This document shows positions 10,678 through 25,900 of a DNA stretch of 64,000 nt, piece by piece; within the stretch, counting starts at the first letter, position 1, and the number at the start of each line of letters is the position of its first letter. Both the position numbers and the translations under genes were made by a program. Below the pieces are notes generated by a model that worked only from the letters and a program-made list of their open reading frames with translations, did not search any database and was not told the DNA's origin. This stretch comes from Adineta vaga (taxonomy: Eukaryota > Animalia > Rotifera): NCBI GenBank assembly GCA_021613535.1, contig CP075494.1, positions 14,942,001 to 15,006,000 on the forward strand. Reading direction: 5' to 3'.

Positions 10678-11957
10678 CTATGTCTGAAAATGAGCTAATG
10701 CTTTTACCATCAATGATCCGGATGGAACAAGACCTAGAATATATGAATATTAGTATTTAAGAGAAAGAAAGATGTTCGTCATCTTTTTACCAAGTTCATT
10801 CAATGTCTTATGATTATCATTTTCATTGAAATCTTTCTTGGGATAATTTTGTGCAAGAATAAATGGACGAGATTGTTGTGTTTCACGTATCCATTCCGTA
10901 ACTTTTTCAAATCGATCATTTGTTTTAAATGTGTGTCGAACCATTGAACCATCCGGTAAACGAACTTGTAAATTACATTCATCATATTGTCGTGTTGGTT
11001 GAGGTGCAACGACGTGTTGAGGTTTAGGTGCAGGAACATCTCCAATAATTCCTCCATTTTTTTCTGCTGCAGCTCTTTCTTTTCGAGCACGTTTATCAGC
11101 TTCAATTTGTTCAATCGCACGTTGTTTAGCTAATTGTGTTTCGAGTTTTTCACGACGATTAGCTTCTGCAATCTTTTTCATTTCGTCTTCATCACGTCTG
11201 TGAAAAACCAAACATTTCTAACAAGAATCTACCGACAAGAATTTCATACTTTTGTTTCAATTCCAAAAGAGCTTTTCCATCAGTAATGCGTTTCTTTTCC
11301 ATTTCAAGAGCTTTTTGTTCATCAGCTAATTTCTGTTCTTGACGTCGAGCAACAATACGTTCTTGAAGTCTATTTGATAAAAACAAATAAGATCATTATT
11401 TTCGATGATTTTTCAACTAACTTTTTTTTCATTTCTTCTTTTTCTTCAGCTGTTAATGGTTTAACCGCTTCTGTACATTCTGAGAAGCTTGAGTGATTCG
11501 TTCGTAAAGCATGAGCAGTAGCCATATCTGCATCTTTCAATAATTTACCACATCTGAACGAAAGTTATAGATATACAACGAGTAAAACATCTTTTCTCTC
11601 TTTACTCATCACATTTGAGAGAATTCACGTCGCCATGTGATTCAGCTGTTGTTGTTGCTGCACTAGCAGCACTGGAACTTAAATTGAGTGTTGGTTCAGA
11701 ACTAGCTGCACTTCCTGATGCTATTTCACTTTCGTGCGCAGTAATCCTAGATGTACAAACAATCATATTTATCAATAAATATCAACAATGAACTGTACCA
11801 GTCAATCGCTTGTTCCAAAGTTTCTGCTTTACCCTTATTAATTGCGCTATCACTATAATAGAGAAAAAGAAATAATTCAATCGAAGTAAAACTCAATGAA
11901 AACATACATCTGAGGTTTTTCAAACCCCATTTCAACAAGTTGTTCGGCGAGTGACAT
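10678..11957 (-). CDS. UBXN1: UBX domain-containing protein 1 (UBA + C2H2 finger + coiled coil + UBX)
   Basis: MSLAEQLVEMGF (UBA), CDECGK...HALRTNH, coiled coil, YDECNLQVRLPDGS...NYPKK...TLNELGLVPSG (UBX). Confidence 0.88.
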
Positions 11958-12082
11958 AATTTGTTTTTAACGAGAAATATCTACAAACAAAGTCAATTAT
12001 CCTTTGTATCAAAAGAAAAGTAAATCATCAAATATTCTAACAATATACTAAAAATTTAATAAATACAAAAGAGAAGAAAGAA

Positions 12083-13689
12083 TCAAAGATTGAAACATTC
12101 TTTTGCTTTAGCCACAACCATATCTGCAATTGGTAAAGATGATGTTGCAGCAGGACTCGGAGCATTTCTAACATGTAAAATTCGATTCTTTAAATCACCA
12201 GTATTAACTGTTTCAAAGACAAAATCTTCAACAAGATTTCCATCAGCTGATAATGCTTGTGCACGAACACCACTTGGTCCACTAAATGAATAAACATACG
12301 TAATTCTATTACACGATCAATATTTTTATCAGTAATTACCGTTCTACATCACTAACAGCTAATGCTGGAACGAATTTTTGTAGTTCACGAACAGTAGCTT
12401 TCAATGAATAAGCACGACGCATTTCACCAAGACCATAACTTAGATGTTTCCAAGCAAGTTTACGAAGACCACTACATGAATAATAGAGAGAAAATATGTT
12501 ATCCGATAATGTCTATTCGAATTTACCTATTCAATACATGATCCATACTATCTCGAAGATTTAAATCAAACAAACCATATCCTTCACGTTTCATTGAAAG
12601 AACAGCATTTGGACCAAGCCACACTGAACCGTCCATTCTTGGAGTAAAATGAACGCCTAAAATTAAGATAGATTCAACTTAAACGACTGAAATTGATTTC
12701 AGCCTTACCAAGGAAAGGAAACTTCGGATCAGGAACTGGATAAATGTTTCCATTGATTTTTAATTTCTCTGTATTTTCTTTCAATTTAAGATAATCTCCT
12801 CGAAATGGTACAATTGTTGGATTCTTTGAACCTCCACAAGCCATAGCAAGTTGATCCGCTTGTAATCCACCACATGTAATCACATATCGACTTAGAAAAC
12901 TTGACTAAATTATCTAAATCTACTATTTATATTACAAAACAAATAGCAAATAACTTACATTCGTTGTACTTTGTACAAGAATTGGATATGAAGGATCGTC
13001 TGATGGAAGAAATTTATCGGCCTCAAAATTAAGTGCTATTCGTCCACCAAGTTGTTCAAAACTTTTTCCAAAATGTCGACATAATAAACCATAATCAACA
13101 ATTCCAGTATGTGGACTATGAATTGCTCGAATACCCTAGATAAAATCAACTAAAGATTTCATTCGAATAGAAAATTCGCTTACTCGACAATTCGGTTCAA
13201 TTTCTCGAATTTGATTCGAATCGAGCATTCTAATATCTTGAACACCATTTTGTTTTGCTCGTTCATATAAATCATCTAGTCGTCCTAATTGATCACGTTC
13301 AACAGCGACAATAATCTAAAGAGATGAACTTGTCAAAGAACTTTTCATTATTCATCTAACTTTGCCACATTTTCTGTAGGGTAAATGATTTTCATCGCAA
13401 TATTCATAAATGCGTTTTAAACCTTCAATACAAAGCTTGGCTTTTAATGAATCCGGTTTATAATAAACACCAGCATGAATAACACCAGAATTATGACCCG
13501 TTTGATGTTTAGCTAGGAAAGAAAATATTAAAAAATACATTTCATGAGATTATTTATGTGTTTCTCACCGAGAATATCTTCTTTTTCGACTAATAAACAT
13601 TTCAAATGTGAAAATACCGATTGAAGATTTCGAGCAACAGCTACACCAACAATTCCACCACCCACAATCAAACAATCTACTTTTTGCAT
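12083..13689 (-). CDS. L2HGDH: L-2-hydroxyglutarate dehydrogenase
   Basis: [73 protein letters not shown]. Confidence 0.95.
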
Positions 13690-14656
13690 CTGAAAAATGA
13701 AATCCTTTTTTCTCACAAGACTATATGTTGAAGAGATTCATAATTGGATTTATATATAAAGTATTAACTATTGTTCTATTTTACATATAGTATCATCTCT
13801 TTGAAATTGACCTTTTGTTTGTGTGAATAAAGCATCTTTATTATTACTGGTGGTATAGCAAATAAAAAAGAAGAAGAAGTTTACGCAAATGTGTAGAATT
13901 AATATCAATACGAGCATCATCTTCATTTGCAGTGCGTTCTCTGAAACAACACATAGATCATTTCGAGTTCTATAAAAATAAAATCTATCTACCTTTTCTA
14001 TGTTTAATTGGTTCCTACATTTTGTTGTATTTGTGTTATCATGGGCAATGATATTGTAACAAAATCGCCATTTGCATCCCATTACATACTATTTTTGTAT
14101 TATCAAAACATTGATTTCATTTAACAACACGATCCATTTAAAAAACCTGAAATAAATAAATACTATCTCATCATTTTGACACATTTGTATCAAATATTTA
14201 CCAGCCATCTAAACTCATCTCCTTCTTCTACTACATTGACTGATAGATTACAATATCTTCACTATCCCTTATCTTCCTATATTCACTCTGACCTTAGACT
14301 TTTGCTATTATTCGTTCTTTCTCTAAATATATATATATATATCAGAAGATATTTTAATCATTTACTTACGTCCAATATGTGTGACTCAACTCGAATCTTC
14401 TTTCTACATTACGCATTTGATAAAATCGATTAGAATTCATTAAAGATTAATTTATTTGGATAGTTCTACATGTTCATCTTGTCAATCATATATCTACAAT
14501 TAAAATAAATAAATAATTTTAGTTTGATTATTTATCTCTCCACCACACTTTGTCATTCAATATTCCAAACATATTCGAACGTAAAATATTAAAGGATTAC
14601 AACATGACAACAAAGGGAAAGATTAAGATAAATAAATAAATAAATACAAAGAGATT

Positions 14657-15511
14657 CTAAAGTTCATCAGAGTTATCTTTTTCTCGTTGAATTCGTTGAA
14701 GAGCTGTTGAAACATATTTCTCACGAGAATTTTGTGTCATTACATTAACAAATACACTATTATCCGAAAGATGATGAACACCTCGATGTCGATCATTAAT
14801 CCGTGTTGTCGTACGATCATTTGTCGAAGTCGATTGTGCACTATAAACAATTAAAACAGAATATATCGAATGGATAAAAAACAAACTTTACTTTGAATCT
14901 TGTTGATTGATATCTAATGTTTGTAAAGATTTCTTTGTTAATCGTATTTGTTGATCAATTTTCGAGAAATAATCATGATATGATGAATTATTTGTTGTTG
15001 GAATGGAAGTTGTACTATCAGATGAACGCATTGATGAAATAGAATCATCATTTATCGATGATTGTCGTCGATTTGTTATTGGAGGTAAATTTTGAAGCAT
15101 TTCTAATGAAGGATAAAGACTTTGAAGTGTTGTTAATTGTGTTGCATTAACGGGAATGTAGACAAATTCAAGTAAACGTAATTCAGCATCTGACCATAAT
15201 TGATTGACTCGTTTAATTTCTTGAATCTTCCAAACAAAAACAAAATATTCGATGAAATTATTTAAAAAAAGAAAAGAAAATATACATACATTGATACTAT
15301 ATTTTAATGCAAGTCTTTGTAAAGTATCATCTAATTCCACATGATGAGATATATAAAAGATTGGTTGTAATTGTGATTTAGCTAAACTACCATAATTTCT
15401 TCCCGTATTTTTTGAACTATGAACAACATCTCGAAGTGTACGTGCTTCGGGAGATGTTAATGATGAAATATCAAATGAACTAGTTGAATTGTCGATTGGA
15501 AGTTTCTCCAT
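14657..15511 (-). CDS. LysM domain protein (LYSMD1/2-like, no transmembrane helix seen)
   Basis: YGSLA...HHVELDDTLQRLALKYSIN|IQEIKRVNQLW...VYIP is a LysM motif; followed by DYFSKIDQQIRLTK. Confidence 0.85.
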
Positions 15512-16347
15512 AAATAAGATGACATTAAATGAATCAAAAACTTGTCATGATGACGCGTGCTTTACTCATTATCCTATGGTATCGTATTAACTTTACACTA
15601 AAGACACTATTGATTGTCTCTACTACACAAATCATAGAAAAAATAAAACACTGACAGAACCATGGCTGTTACTGGTCGTAGGGAAATCCAGTAATGTTGC
15701 GTTGTAAACATCATCAACCTGTGACATCTATGGAGTTGAAGAAGACATTGCTTTTGTTTTTAATACGAATGATTTAGATTTAGTTTCGAGATAATTTAAT
15801 CAAATTCACTAGGGAATAGAAACAAATTATTTCAGATATTATTTTGTTCAATATACATGAAATGAAACTATAGTTATGTATGGAAAATTTGACAGTGACA
15901 GAGATCAACATGATCGTGATTAGAGTTGCTTTGCTATTTCGATGAAACGTTATAGTATGCAATTGGAAACAATTTTTTCGAATACTTTCTTATATTCGCG
16001 AGCCAACTTATTTACTATACTTTGGTATAATGTTTTCTATTGTTGTATCCTGAGAATAAAATGGAATCTATCAATCTTAGAGAATCCTATATGCAATTGA
16101 ACTCGTCAATCTTAATTTTTCAGCGAGTAATTCCTAATTCTATATCAGATAAGTATAGAGGCCATATTTGCTTATTCTCCTCCCGACAATCAATACATTG
16201 TATCCAAGTCATACATTCTCTATTGGTACAAGTGTCATCCAATCCATTTACTCTTCCTTTTCAGTCTGTTAGGTTAGGAAAGTGGAATGGATTTTTTTAT
16301 ATTCATAAGTATATCGATTTTTAATAATCTGTTTTTATGGATTATAG

Positions 16348-17648
16348 ATGAGTTTTCTTGCAAGAACCTTTTCGCAAATTATTGTACGTACTGGAAGAAC
16401 AGCACTTCTAACAAAACCGTGTAATGTACCAGCATTAACTCTTCGTTTATCTTCAACACAATCATCTCAACAGAGTAATTAATGCAAGATATGTTGAATT
16501 ATTTGATTTCTATTCGTATGTATAGATGAACAGAAGAAATATGAATATTTGTTAGTTGATATCAAAGGAAAAAATTCCGATGTAGCACTTGTTCAATTGA
16601 ATCGACCTAAAGCATTAAATGCTTTATGTGATGGCTTGATGAGAGAAGTATAAAATAATGTTCTTTTGATTTGTTATTGATAATCCGTTTTCCGTTTCAG
16701 TTAGCTACAGTTTTAGAAACATTTGATAGAGATGATAAAATTGCTTGTATGGTTTTAACAGGCAGTACACGTGCATTTGCTGGTAAAGATATTTCTATTT
16801 AATGAGAAATTTTCTAGAAAATTCGTTTAGCTGGTGCTGATATACGAGAAATGCAAAATAATACATTATCAAAAGTTGTTGGTTCAGGTTTTCTTGATCA
16901 ATGGTCAGCTGTATCAAAAATAAAAAAACCAATTATTGCTGCTGTTAATGGTTTTGCTGTAAATTTATTTATTTAAACTTTCTTATTTTTTTTTTGAAAT
17001 TTATTTTCTTTGGAATTAGTTGGGTGGTGGATGTGAATTATCTATGATGTGTGATATTATCTATGCAGGTGAAGAAGCCGAATTCGGTCAACCGGAAATT
17101 ATTATTGGAACTATTCCTGGTAAGAAACAAATTGAGATGATAGACGGATTGTATTGATTGATTTGGAATAGGTGCTGGTGGTACTCAACGTTTACCACGT
17201 TTTGTTGGCAAATCCAAAGCTATGGAAATGGTTTTAACAGGCAATCGAATTAAAGCAAAAGAAGCTCATCAAATTGGTTTAGTTAGTGCTGTTTTTCCAG
17301 CTAATCAACTTGTTGATGAAGCAATTAAAACAGCAGAAAAGATTGCAAGTCATTCAAAAATTGTCGTACAATTAGCCAAAGAAGCAGTAAATACAGGTAA
17401 AAACCATTGACTTGATTATTTTTCTTTTTTCTAATAATGTTATTTTTGAAAAGCATTTGAAACATCCTTGGCTGAAGGAAATCGTTTTGAAAAACGTCTT
17501 TTCCACACAACATTTGGTTTAGTAAGTTAAGAATATTATTTGAATAGGAGAGAAGATTGATAATTTTGTTTTTATCAAATAGGCTGATCGAAAAGAAGGC
17601 ATGACAGCATTTGTTGAAAAACGTAAACCAAACTTTACCGGTCAATAA
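16348..17648 (+). CDS. ECHS1: Mitochondrial short-chain enoyl-CoA hydratase
   Basis: Basic transit-like N-terminus, [65 protein letters not shown]. Confidence 0.96.
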
Positions 17649-17854
17649 ACTTACGATGATTTCCAATGGAAGAGATTTTCTTTTTTTTAGTAGTTTATTA
17701 TTAGATGATTGTTTTTATTAAAAAACATTAAATGAAAAGGATTTCTTTTTTTCGTCTTTGTTTACATCCGTAAAAGAAAAGAGGAGATCTATGCATTAAA
17801 AATGATTCGAATCTTTCTTTCTTTTATTGTAGATCATAGGTAGATGAGCCTCTC

Positions 17855-20285
17855 ATGAAATTTAGTCAAGTTATTCTACTTATTTTCTTTGTGATTACTG
17901 ACAATATTCATCAGACATCATCTATTGCATTGGGCATTGCCGATACAATTTCATTGTACAATGCAACTGATAAATTAAGTGTACTTACTAGTCAAAATTT
18001 CTCGTCAACAGTTTATCAATCTAAAACAGCATGGCTCATTGAATTCTATGCAAGTTGGTGTGGACATTGTCGATCATATGCAAATGTAGGAAAATATATT
18101 TCTTTTATATTAGAAATAATTTCTGTTTTTTTTCTTTGTAATTCTTAGATTTATCGAGAGATTGCTGCAAATGCTTGGAGTAAGTGAAACAATGTGTTAT
18201 AATCAATTGAAGTATGTTGTTATCTTTTAGCATGGAAATCAATTGTTCGTGTTGGTGCAATAAATTGCTATGGAGGTGATAGTCTTGAATTATGTCGTCA
18301 ACGTGGTGTTCGAGGTTTTCCAACAATTCAGGTTAGTGTAATTGTTATTGTTCGAGATTGAAATCTATCATGTATATACATTCAATAGTTAATTCGACCA
18401 GGAGCTGCTTTTGATAATACATCAAAACCAATTCTTATTCCAGCAACAGATGCTGAAGATGTTACAAAAGAACTTATTAGAGAATTGGATAATATTCATC
18501 GAAAATATAACTCATGGCCAGATTTTACACCTGCAAAGTAAGATTTTGGTTGTTTTTCAGTTTCATTAAATGAATCTTCTGCTATCTAGTCGAGTTATAT
18601 TCGAAGAACTTTATGCTCGTGTTCCACGAACAACCAAACTTCTACTCGTGATTGTCGAAAAACGTGATGATTTAATTGGTCGACAAGTATGACGAATTGC
18701 CTGTCTTATTTCTTTAAATATTTTACTTTCCATTATTTAAATAGTTAATATTAGATTTTTCAAAATATCAAGAACAGATGACTATTTTCCGTACAACACT
18801 TGACGGACGATTATGGCATAAATTTCATATAAATATTACTGATGTACCTGCATTATTTGTTATTCTGAAAAATCGAACGGCTGAACGAATTCCTGTTAAA
18901 CATAATAGAAGGTAAATATAGTAATAACTAAAATGTCCATGTGATCTTCATCATTTGTATTCAATAGTAATGAATTTTACAATCGAGATCTATTCAATAA
19001 GGCAATTCGAACGTATATTCATCAAACAAAGAGTATTTCGAATTTCGATGATCATGATTATCAAGAGATGTTTCAAACTAAAAACGCACTACAATCAGAA
19101 AAAATGAAACAAATATCGATTCAGAATAAAAGACTAATCGAAGAAAATATCCTAAGAAATACAAGTCGTCGAAAAGTGAATATGGTTGATCTGGAATTAG
19201 TTTTATCTCATATGTTCAGACAAGAAATACCTCAAATGAAAGATATTCAAGGACAAGCATATCATGCTTTGATTCAATGGTTAACTGTTCTTATCAAGGT
19301 ATGATATTTCTATATGAAATTCTGTATAATTTGAAATTTTCTTTAGTATTTTCCCGGACGTGAACCAATAATGAATTATTTGGAACGATTATTATCTAAA
19401 GTCAAAGAACAATCGAATGGTTTTAGTGGAAATGCATTTCAACAATTAATCGATACAAAAACATCGGATGCTTATCTACCAAATAATCACAATCGATATC
19501 AATATTGTGCAGGATCACAACCACAATATCGAGGTTATCCATGTGCTCTTTGGCTTCTATTTCATACACTGACTGTTTCACAATATGAAAAAGGTCTGAT
19601 TTTGTTTTTCAATCTATCATCTTTTCTTAATTGATTTTTCTTCTTTATCAATAGAATCTCAACAACTCGATGTTCTCGAAGTTCCATTAGCGATTAAAAG
19701 TTATGTCAAACATTTTTTTACTTGTCGACAATGTAGTCAAAATTTCATGAACGAAACGATGAATATAACTCAAATCAATACAAAAAATAAACAAGAAGCA
19801 ATTCTTTATCTTTGGAAGGGTAAGAGATTTATTTTTCAATTTGAAATCTTCGTCAATTCAATCATTTAGTTCATAATCATGTTAATAAACGCTTACGTGC
19901 TGATGTTACTGAAGATCCAAGATATCCAAAAGTTCAATTTCCAACTAAATTTCTTTGTCCTACATGTAAAATAATCAATAGTAATGACTATGACATCTCA
20001 TCGACAATAAATTTTCTTCTCAACTATTATTCAGCTAAAAATATTGATTCATCATTAATATTAAAAGAATCTCAACAGAGAAATGAATTCTCGAGTCAAT
20101 CAGAATATCTCATTTCAAAATTGGATTCGGTTAATGAAACAAATAATCGATTTGATGGTATTCGATATTTGCCGAATATGATACAAAAATATCCATTTTA
20201 TACATTTATTCTATTTATTCTTCTTATAATTGCGATATCTCGTCATCGACATTGTCAAGCCAAGAGAAAACGTTATACTCTTTAA
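17855..20285 (+). CDS. QSOX: Quiescin sulfhydryl oxidase
   Basis: Signal peptide, thioredoxin [25 protein letters not shown]-domain [12 protein letters not shown]...[11 protein letters not shown], and a C-terminal hydrophobic helix. Confidence 0.94.
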
Positions 20286-20544
20286 TTAATCTCAGTCAAT
20301 ATTGTTTTTATTTATTTATTTAATCTTTGGTTTTAATGAATACTCAAAAGAATGCTTGTTTTTGAATATTTAATCTTTAAAGACATTTTATTCGTTATTA
20401 TTTTAATCTCACTATCTTCCATTCTGTGTGTGTGTGTGTAGTTGCTCATTCTTTATTCCACCGACTAACGTGTTTGTATGTTTGTGTGTTGTCGTGTACA
20501 AAAATAAACATAGATTTACGAAATTCTCTGTAAAAGTAGTGTTT

Positions 20545-22613
20545 TTATTCTTCATTTTGTTTTGATTGTTCAAGGGAAAGAGATAATGGTGAAGTTCGTT
20601 GTTCAAGTCGAGTAGGTGGTCGATCATAATCGATTGAATAGTGTTGAAATATATCGTTTGTTGGTTTTAATTCTAAAATATCATGTTCACAAACAGATTG
20701 TAATCGTGTTTCATTCAATGTAGGTGATGGTGTTGAATTGATCGAACAAATTTGTGTTGTAATATCATTGTTAATTTCAGTATCATCATCATCATCATCA
20801 TCATCTGACGATGATGTTGAAAGAATAGGTGAACGTGGTTGACTTGCAATTTGTTTTGTAGTCGGTTTTGTCGCAATACTTGTGGGACCAATGGATACAC
20901 GTCGTTGTTGTTTGTTGTGTTTATGATCATTGTTTGAATTCGATTTATTCGATGTTGCTGTTCCAGTAGTTGATAAAGTCGAAAAACCAGATTGACTTTC
21001 AATCTCTTCATAATCTAAAAAATTTCGTTTGATGATTTTATCGAGTTTTATTCATCGCGGAAAAACTTACCTTCTAAATTCGTCTTTTTATCATAGGATA
21101 CTGTTGAAATTACAGGAAAATCACGCATTGTTTTTTGATCATTTGATTTAATAGATAACCATCCATTGCATGATATTTCATACATTTCTTTACAAATTGG
21201 ATCATCGATGCATACTTTACTTAAATACCAACTTGCTTCTAAATTCAAAAAGAAAACTTAAAACATAATATTTATTGAAAATACATACTCATATCTTTTC
21301 GATCATGTCCAATTGTAATTCCTATTAATACACCGACATGATATGTATGAAGAATGAATGTATCAGTTTGATTTTTCAAAAACGGTACATGATGTGTTTG
21401 CGAATGAATCAATTCATGAAAACTTGTATGTCCATCTGTACCGTATAGTTTAATTCGGATCGGTGCATTTGTTGATGCACCATTACAATTTCCTGTTGTA
21501 ATGGATAGTTTATATTCACATAGAACACCTTTTGTAATCGGTTTGGATTTGTGTGTCTTTAATTAGAAGAAAAAACAAAGATTTTTCAATCATTGTCTTC
21601 GAATACATACGAATGATGTTGTTTTTGTATTTGAATTAGTAATCGATGGTTGAATACTTGATTGATTACTAAAATACTATATTTTATTCTTGTTTTCATT
21701 CAAAGATTATTTTTTACTCGATTTGATGCGAAAGTAGTGATCCCTATAGATATTAATTGACATAATGAAAAGACATTAATCAAATAGAAAAATGTTACTT
21801 GTTGTGAAAACGAACTTGTTTCGTACATAGAACGTCGTGATTTGACCATCGATGCGAGAATATCAGCTGTATTATTGATTAGATGATCTTGTTGATGACG
21901 TGAAAGTTTAAAAGCAGATCGTGAACGAATATGACGTTTCGTAACATTTAAAGAATTGGATCGATTTGTTGATCGTACTTGAACATCTGGAATTTTTGGA
22001 GTCTCTTTTCCCTAGAATTTTTATACATAGATGAAAAGCGAAGATTTTCTCTAGTTTTTGTTTTTACTAAGAAACTGTATGAACGCATATGAAAATTGAG
22101 TTCTTCACGACACATTTCTCTTTCAGGACTGATTAAAGTTGCCTTAAAACGAGTAGATATTTAACGATAGATTAATCAAACTCTTCTTGAAATTACATTC
22201 AGTTGTTTTGGTTTGTATTGAAAACTGACTGAACTATTTTTCATATGTTTGTCTGTATAATATAAATCATAAAACGATGGATGTTGTTTGTTGTTCGTTC
22301 CAAGCATAAGTTTCTGAGAATAGTCTAAGATGCATTAACAAAGTCAAATTTTGTTCACTTACTGTTTTCGATGGTATCAAATCAAAGACAGATGTATTTC
22401 CATCGAGAACAAAAGCATTCTCACGACTTTTTACATCCATATAATATTTTCTAAAGTAAGTATAAACACACACAAGATATTCATATTTATTTGAACTGCA
22501 TGTAATGAAACTAACAGACTCTTCGATGTTTCTTTGAGAATTGCATGAGTCAATCGATCCATACGTGGTCTTGGACTTGTTTCAGTACCATTAGTGCTAG
22601 CTACATGTGCCAT
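20545..22613 (-). CDS. PLAT/LH2 domain-containing protein of unknown function; multi-exon
   Basis: YKLSITTGNCNGASTNAPIRIKLYG...FLKNQTDTF...VGVLIGITIGHD...WYLSKVCI...CNGWLS is a PLAT domain. Flanking exons are low-complexity and the boundaries are approximate. Confidence 0.75.
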
Positions 22614-22978
22614 AGTAATAATATTAATCCGTGTATGCAATTGATCACTGTTGTCAAGCAAATGTTTATAGACTTTATTTTAAATAATAATCGAAATATG
22701 TCGTCGAAATTAATTTTCAATGTATTCCTATTTCTTCTATTCTTTTCTTCATTGAATTCAATAAAAACTACTTCTATTTGTCTTCTATCATCTGTATGGT
22801 TTCATCAAAAGTTGAATTGTTCATTCTTCTTTAAACAATAACTTCTCTTCATTTTATTATGTTACCTTCATGAATGTCTATTGTTACGATAGAGTTCGTG
22901 CAAAACTTTCAAGTTCTATATTTTGTTTCTATGAAATAGTTTTATTACATTGTAAATGAAAAAAAAAATACAAATTTA

Positions 22979-25900
22979 TCATAGTTCAAGTTTATAACAG
23001 TATAAATAATCATCACGTGAACCAATAAAGATGTGATTTAGGTAAAAAACCGGTGAAGAAAATAGCCCTTCGCCTTCAACTTGTGTTTCACATACTCTTT
23101 CACCTGTTTGACTTTTCAATACACATAAACAACCATTTGTCGAGCCAACAATTAACATTTGACCATGATTACAAACAAATGGTGAAGCATAGATCATCGA
23201 TGGAAATAGACATTTCCATTGTAAAATACCTTGTTGTTCATTTGAAAGATCGATTGCATATAGATATTGATCATGACAACCAATGAAAAGTGTATTATTG
23301 AACAAGCACGGCGAAGAAAATAGAGGACCATTCGTTTCAAATGTCCATTTCTAAAATAGCATCATTTTTTCGAATAATAATCAATAAGCTGATATTTGTT
23401 CTATTGTAAATAGTCTTTAAAAGGTTAATGAGAGCAAACTCCTTTCTATCATCTCAAGATGCATAACTGAATGAAGCAAAACAAAAGATTGCATTGCAGG
23501 AGTTCTATTCTTCGTATCACACTGGTATACTCTCACAATGCTTCACAATTCATTGTATTCTTTCATAAAATATCTCCCGTCCGTACACATCTATGTATAT
23601 AAAAACTATACCTGTTCGCCTGTATCACAACATAAACAATAAAGTTTTTGATCAACACATCCAATTAACAAAAACTTCTCCTTCCATATAGCTATTGTTG
23701 AAAATATCGGTTTAACTAATGATTGTTTCCATAAAATTGTTCCGTCATTTGATTGAAAGGCAAAGACATCTCCACCTAAAGTTGCAACATAAAGTCGAGT
23801 ATTATCTGCCGATAATTGTGGAGATGAAACACAACTACTATTCAATCCAAATTTCCAAAGACATATCGATGAGATTTCCTTAAATTATGAATAAATAAAT
23901 AATACTTCATTAGTAAAAAATGAATAATACTTGAATATGAATAGCATGAATAAATTGATCATGTGCACCGAGATAAACAATATCGAATAATGAATGAATA
24001 CAGGGAATTGTTTTAATTAAACCTTGACATTGATATGTAGAGTAAAGTTGTCCATTAGAGCATTTAATTATATATAATAATCCACTATAATCACCTAAAT
24101 TATATCCATAGAAAGTTGAATTACTTGAGAAAGATTTTACCAATCAAAACAAATTGTCCATTACGTGAAAGAGCTGCACTGCCTTCAATTCTATCGTTAG
24201 TTTGAAATGACCAAATTAGTTGACCATTGGTAATATGATAAGCATTGATTAAACCAGCATGTGATCCAATAATAACATACTGTCGTTGATCATCAAGTAA
24301 CACAAGTAATGGAGATGCATCGATACATTTATTCATCGAATATTTCCAAGATAATTTCAATGTTTTCGGTAGAAATGATGATTCTTCAGGAAAAGTTGAA
24401 TAAAATAACATAGGATGATTATTATTATGACGAGATATTTTTGAACATCGTTGTATTGACCAAATCTGATTTGAATCTGATTGTATAGGTATATCAATTG
24501 GTAAATTAGATGAGAAATATTCATCCATTTTCTTTTGTTGTGGATTATTTATATATTCAATTAAATCTTCGAATGTTTTATGTAAAACAAGATCAAATAG
24601 ATAGTTTGAATCTGTTGATTCATAGATTTGTTTAATTTCTTCAATAAATGTTAATGCTAACAATGAATTTCCACCATTAGTTATAAAATTTGCATGATTT
24701 TCTGGAGATTTCTTTAGTAATCTCTAAACAGATCAAATAGAAATAAAGAAGTCAAGAATGATTCAATTTTCCTACCTGCCAAATTGTTTTCAGATTGACA
24801 TTAGTAGATGTTTGAATCGTATTTAAATAAAGTGTCAATAATTTCGATCGATCAATTTTTCCATTGATAGTTAATGGAATATTTTCTTGAATTGAAACGA
24901 TTTGATTTGGTTGAAACTGATGAATTAAATAGGATTTTAGAAATAACTCAAGTTCATTTGTTTGATCATGATTTTGAAATTTACAAAGAAGAATAAGAAA
25001 ATTTTCATTGTTATTCGAGATTACACAAGCACATTGATCAAGGAGATTTGATTGATGTGCAATCTAAATTCATGAGAATAATGTTTTTCGAGGTATTGAA
25101 TCAATGTTTAGATGTTCCCAAGAGTACAGACACATTAACTAGATTGAGTCAATTCTATTCATGTTTTAATTGATGATTTTTATCATCACTCACTTTTATA
25201 AAGCTAAACAATTGAATTTATAATGTCATAAGTGCACTTAGAAAAGTTTTTTTATTTTTAGACAATTAGACTTAGGTAGAAATGAATAAACAATGATATT
25301 TATTATTGTATTTACTTGTTCAATGTATTCAAGATTTATCATAATTCCAAATCGTTTCAAGGTTAATGTTCGTCTTCCAATATAAAATATTTGATCAATT
25401 GATGAATCATATCGAACTAAATCATCAGTTTCAAATCGAAACTTTTTCTCCGAAAATAAATCTCCAATTCGTGTCCAACGTGTTTGACTTTCTATACTAG
25501 AATAACTTCTTCAGTTTTTTTTGATAATTCTATCAAATTATTACCTAATACAATTCGGAAACAATCTGATCGAGATTCATCATCACGATAAGGTTCAAGG
25601 AATAATGATGTTTCATCTAATGATTTACCTAATGGAATCTGTTCTCTTCTAAAAGAAGAACGATTCAAAAACAAATCTCATAATTCTAACATCTTACTGA
25701 AGATCATTTTCATTTAAGATATGATACGATGCCCAACAAGACATTTCCGTTAGACCATAAATATTAATAACACGTTTATTTTGTTGAATCATTTGTTGAA
25801 TGATAAAATTATCATGAAATGGAAATTGTTCACCACCGAGTATTAAAGTTTTTAATTGAAGAATATTACATTGTCGATGAATTTGACGAAAGAAACTTGG

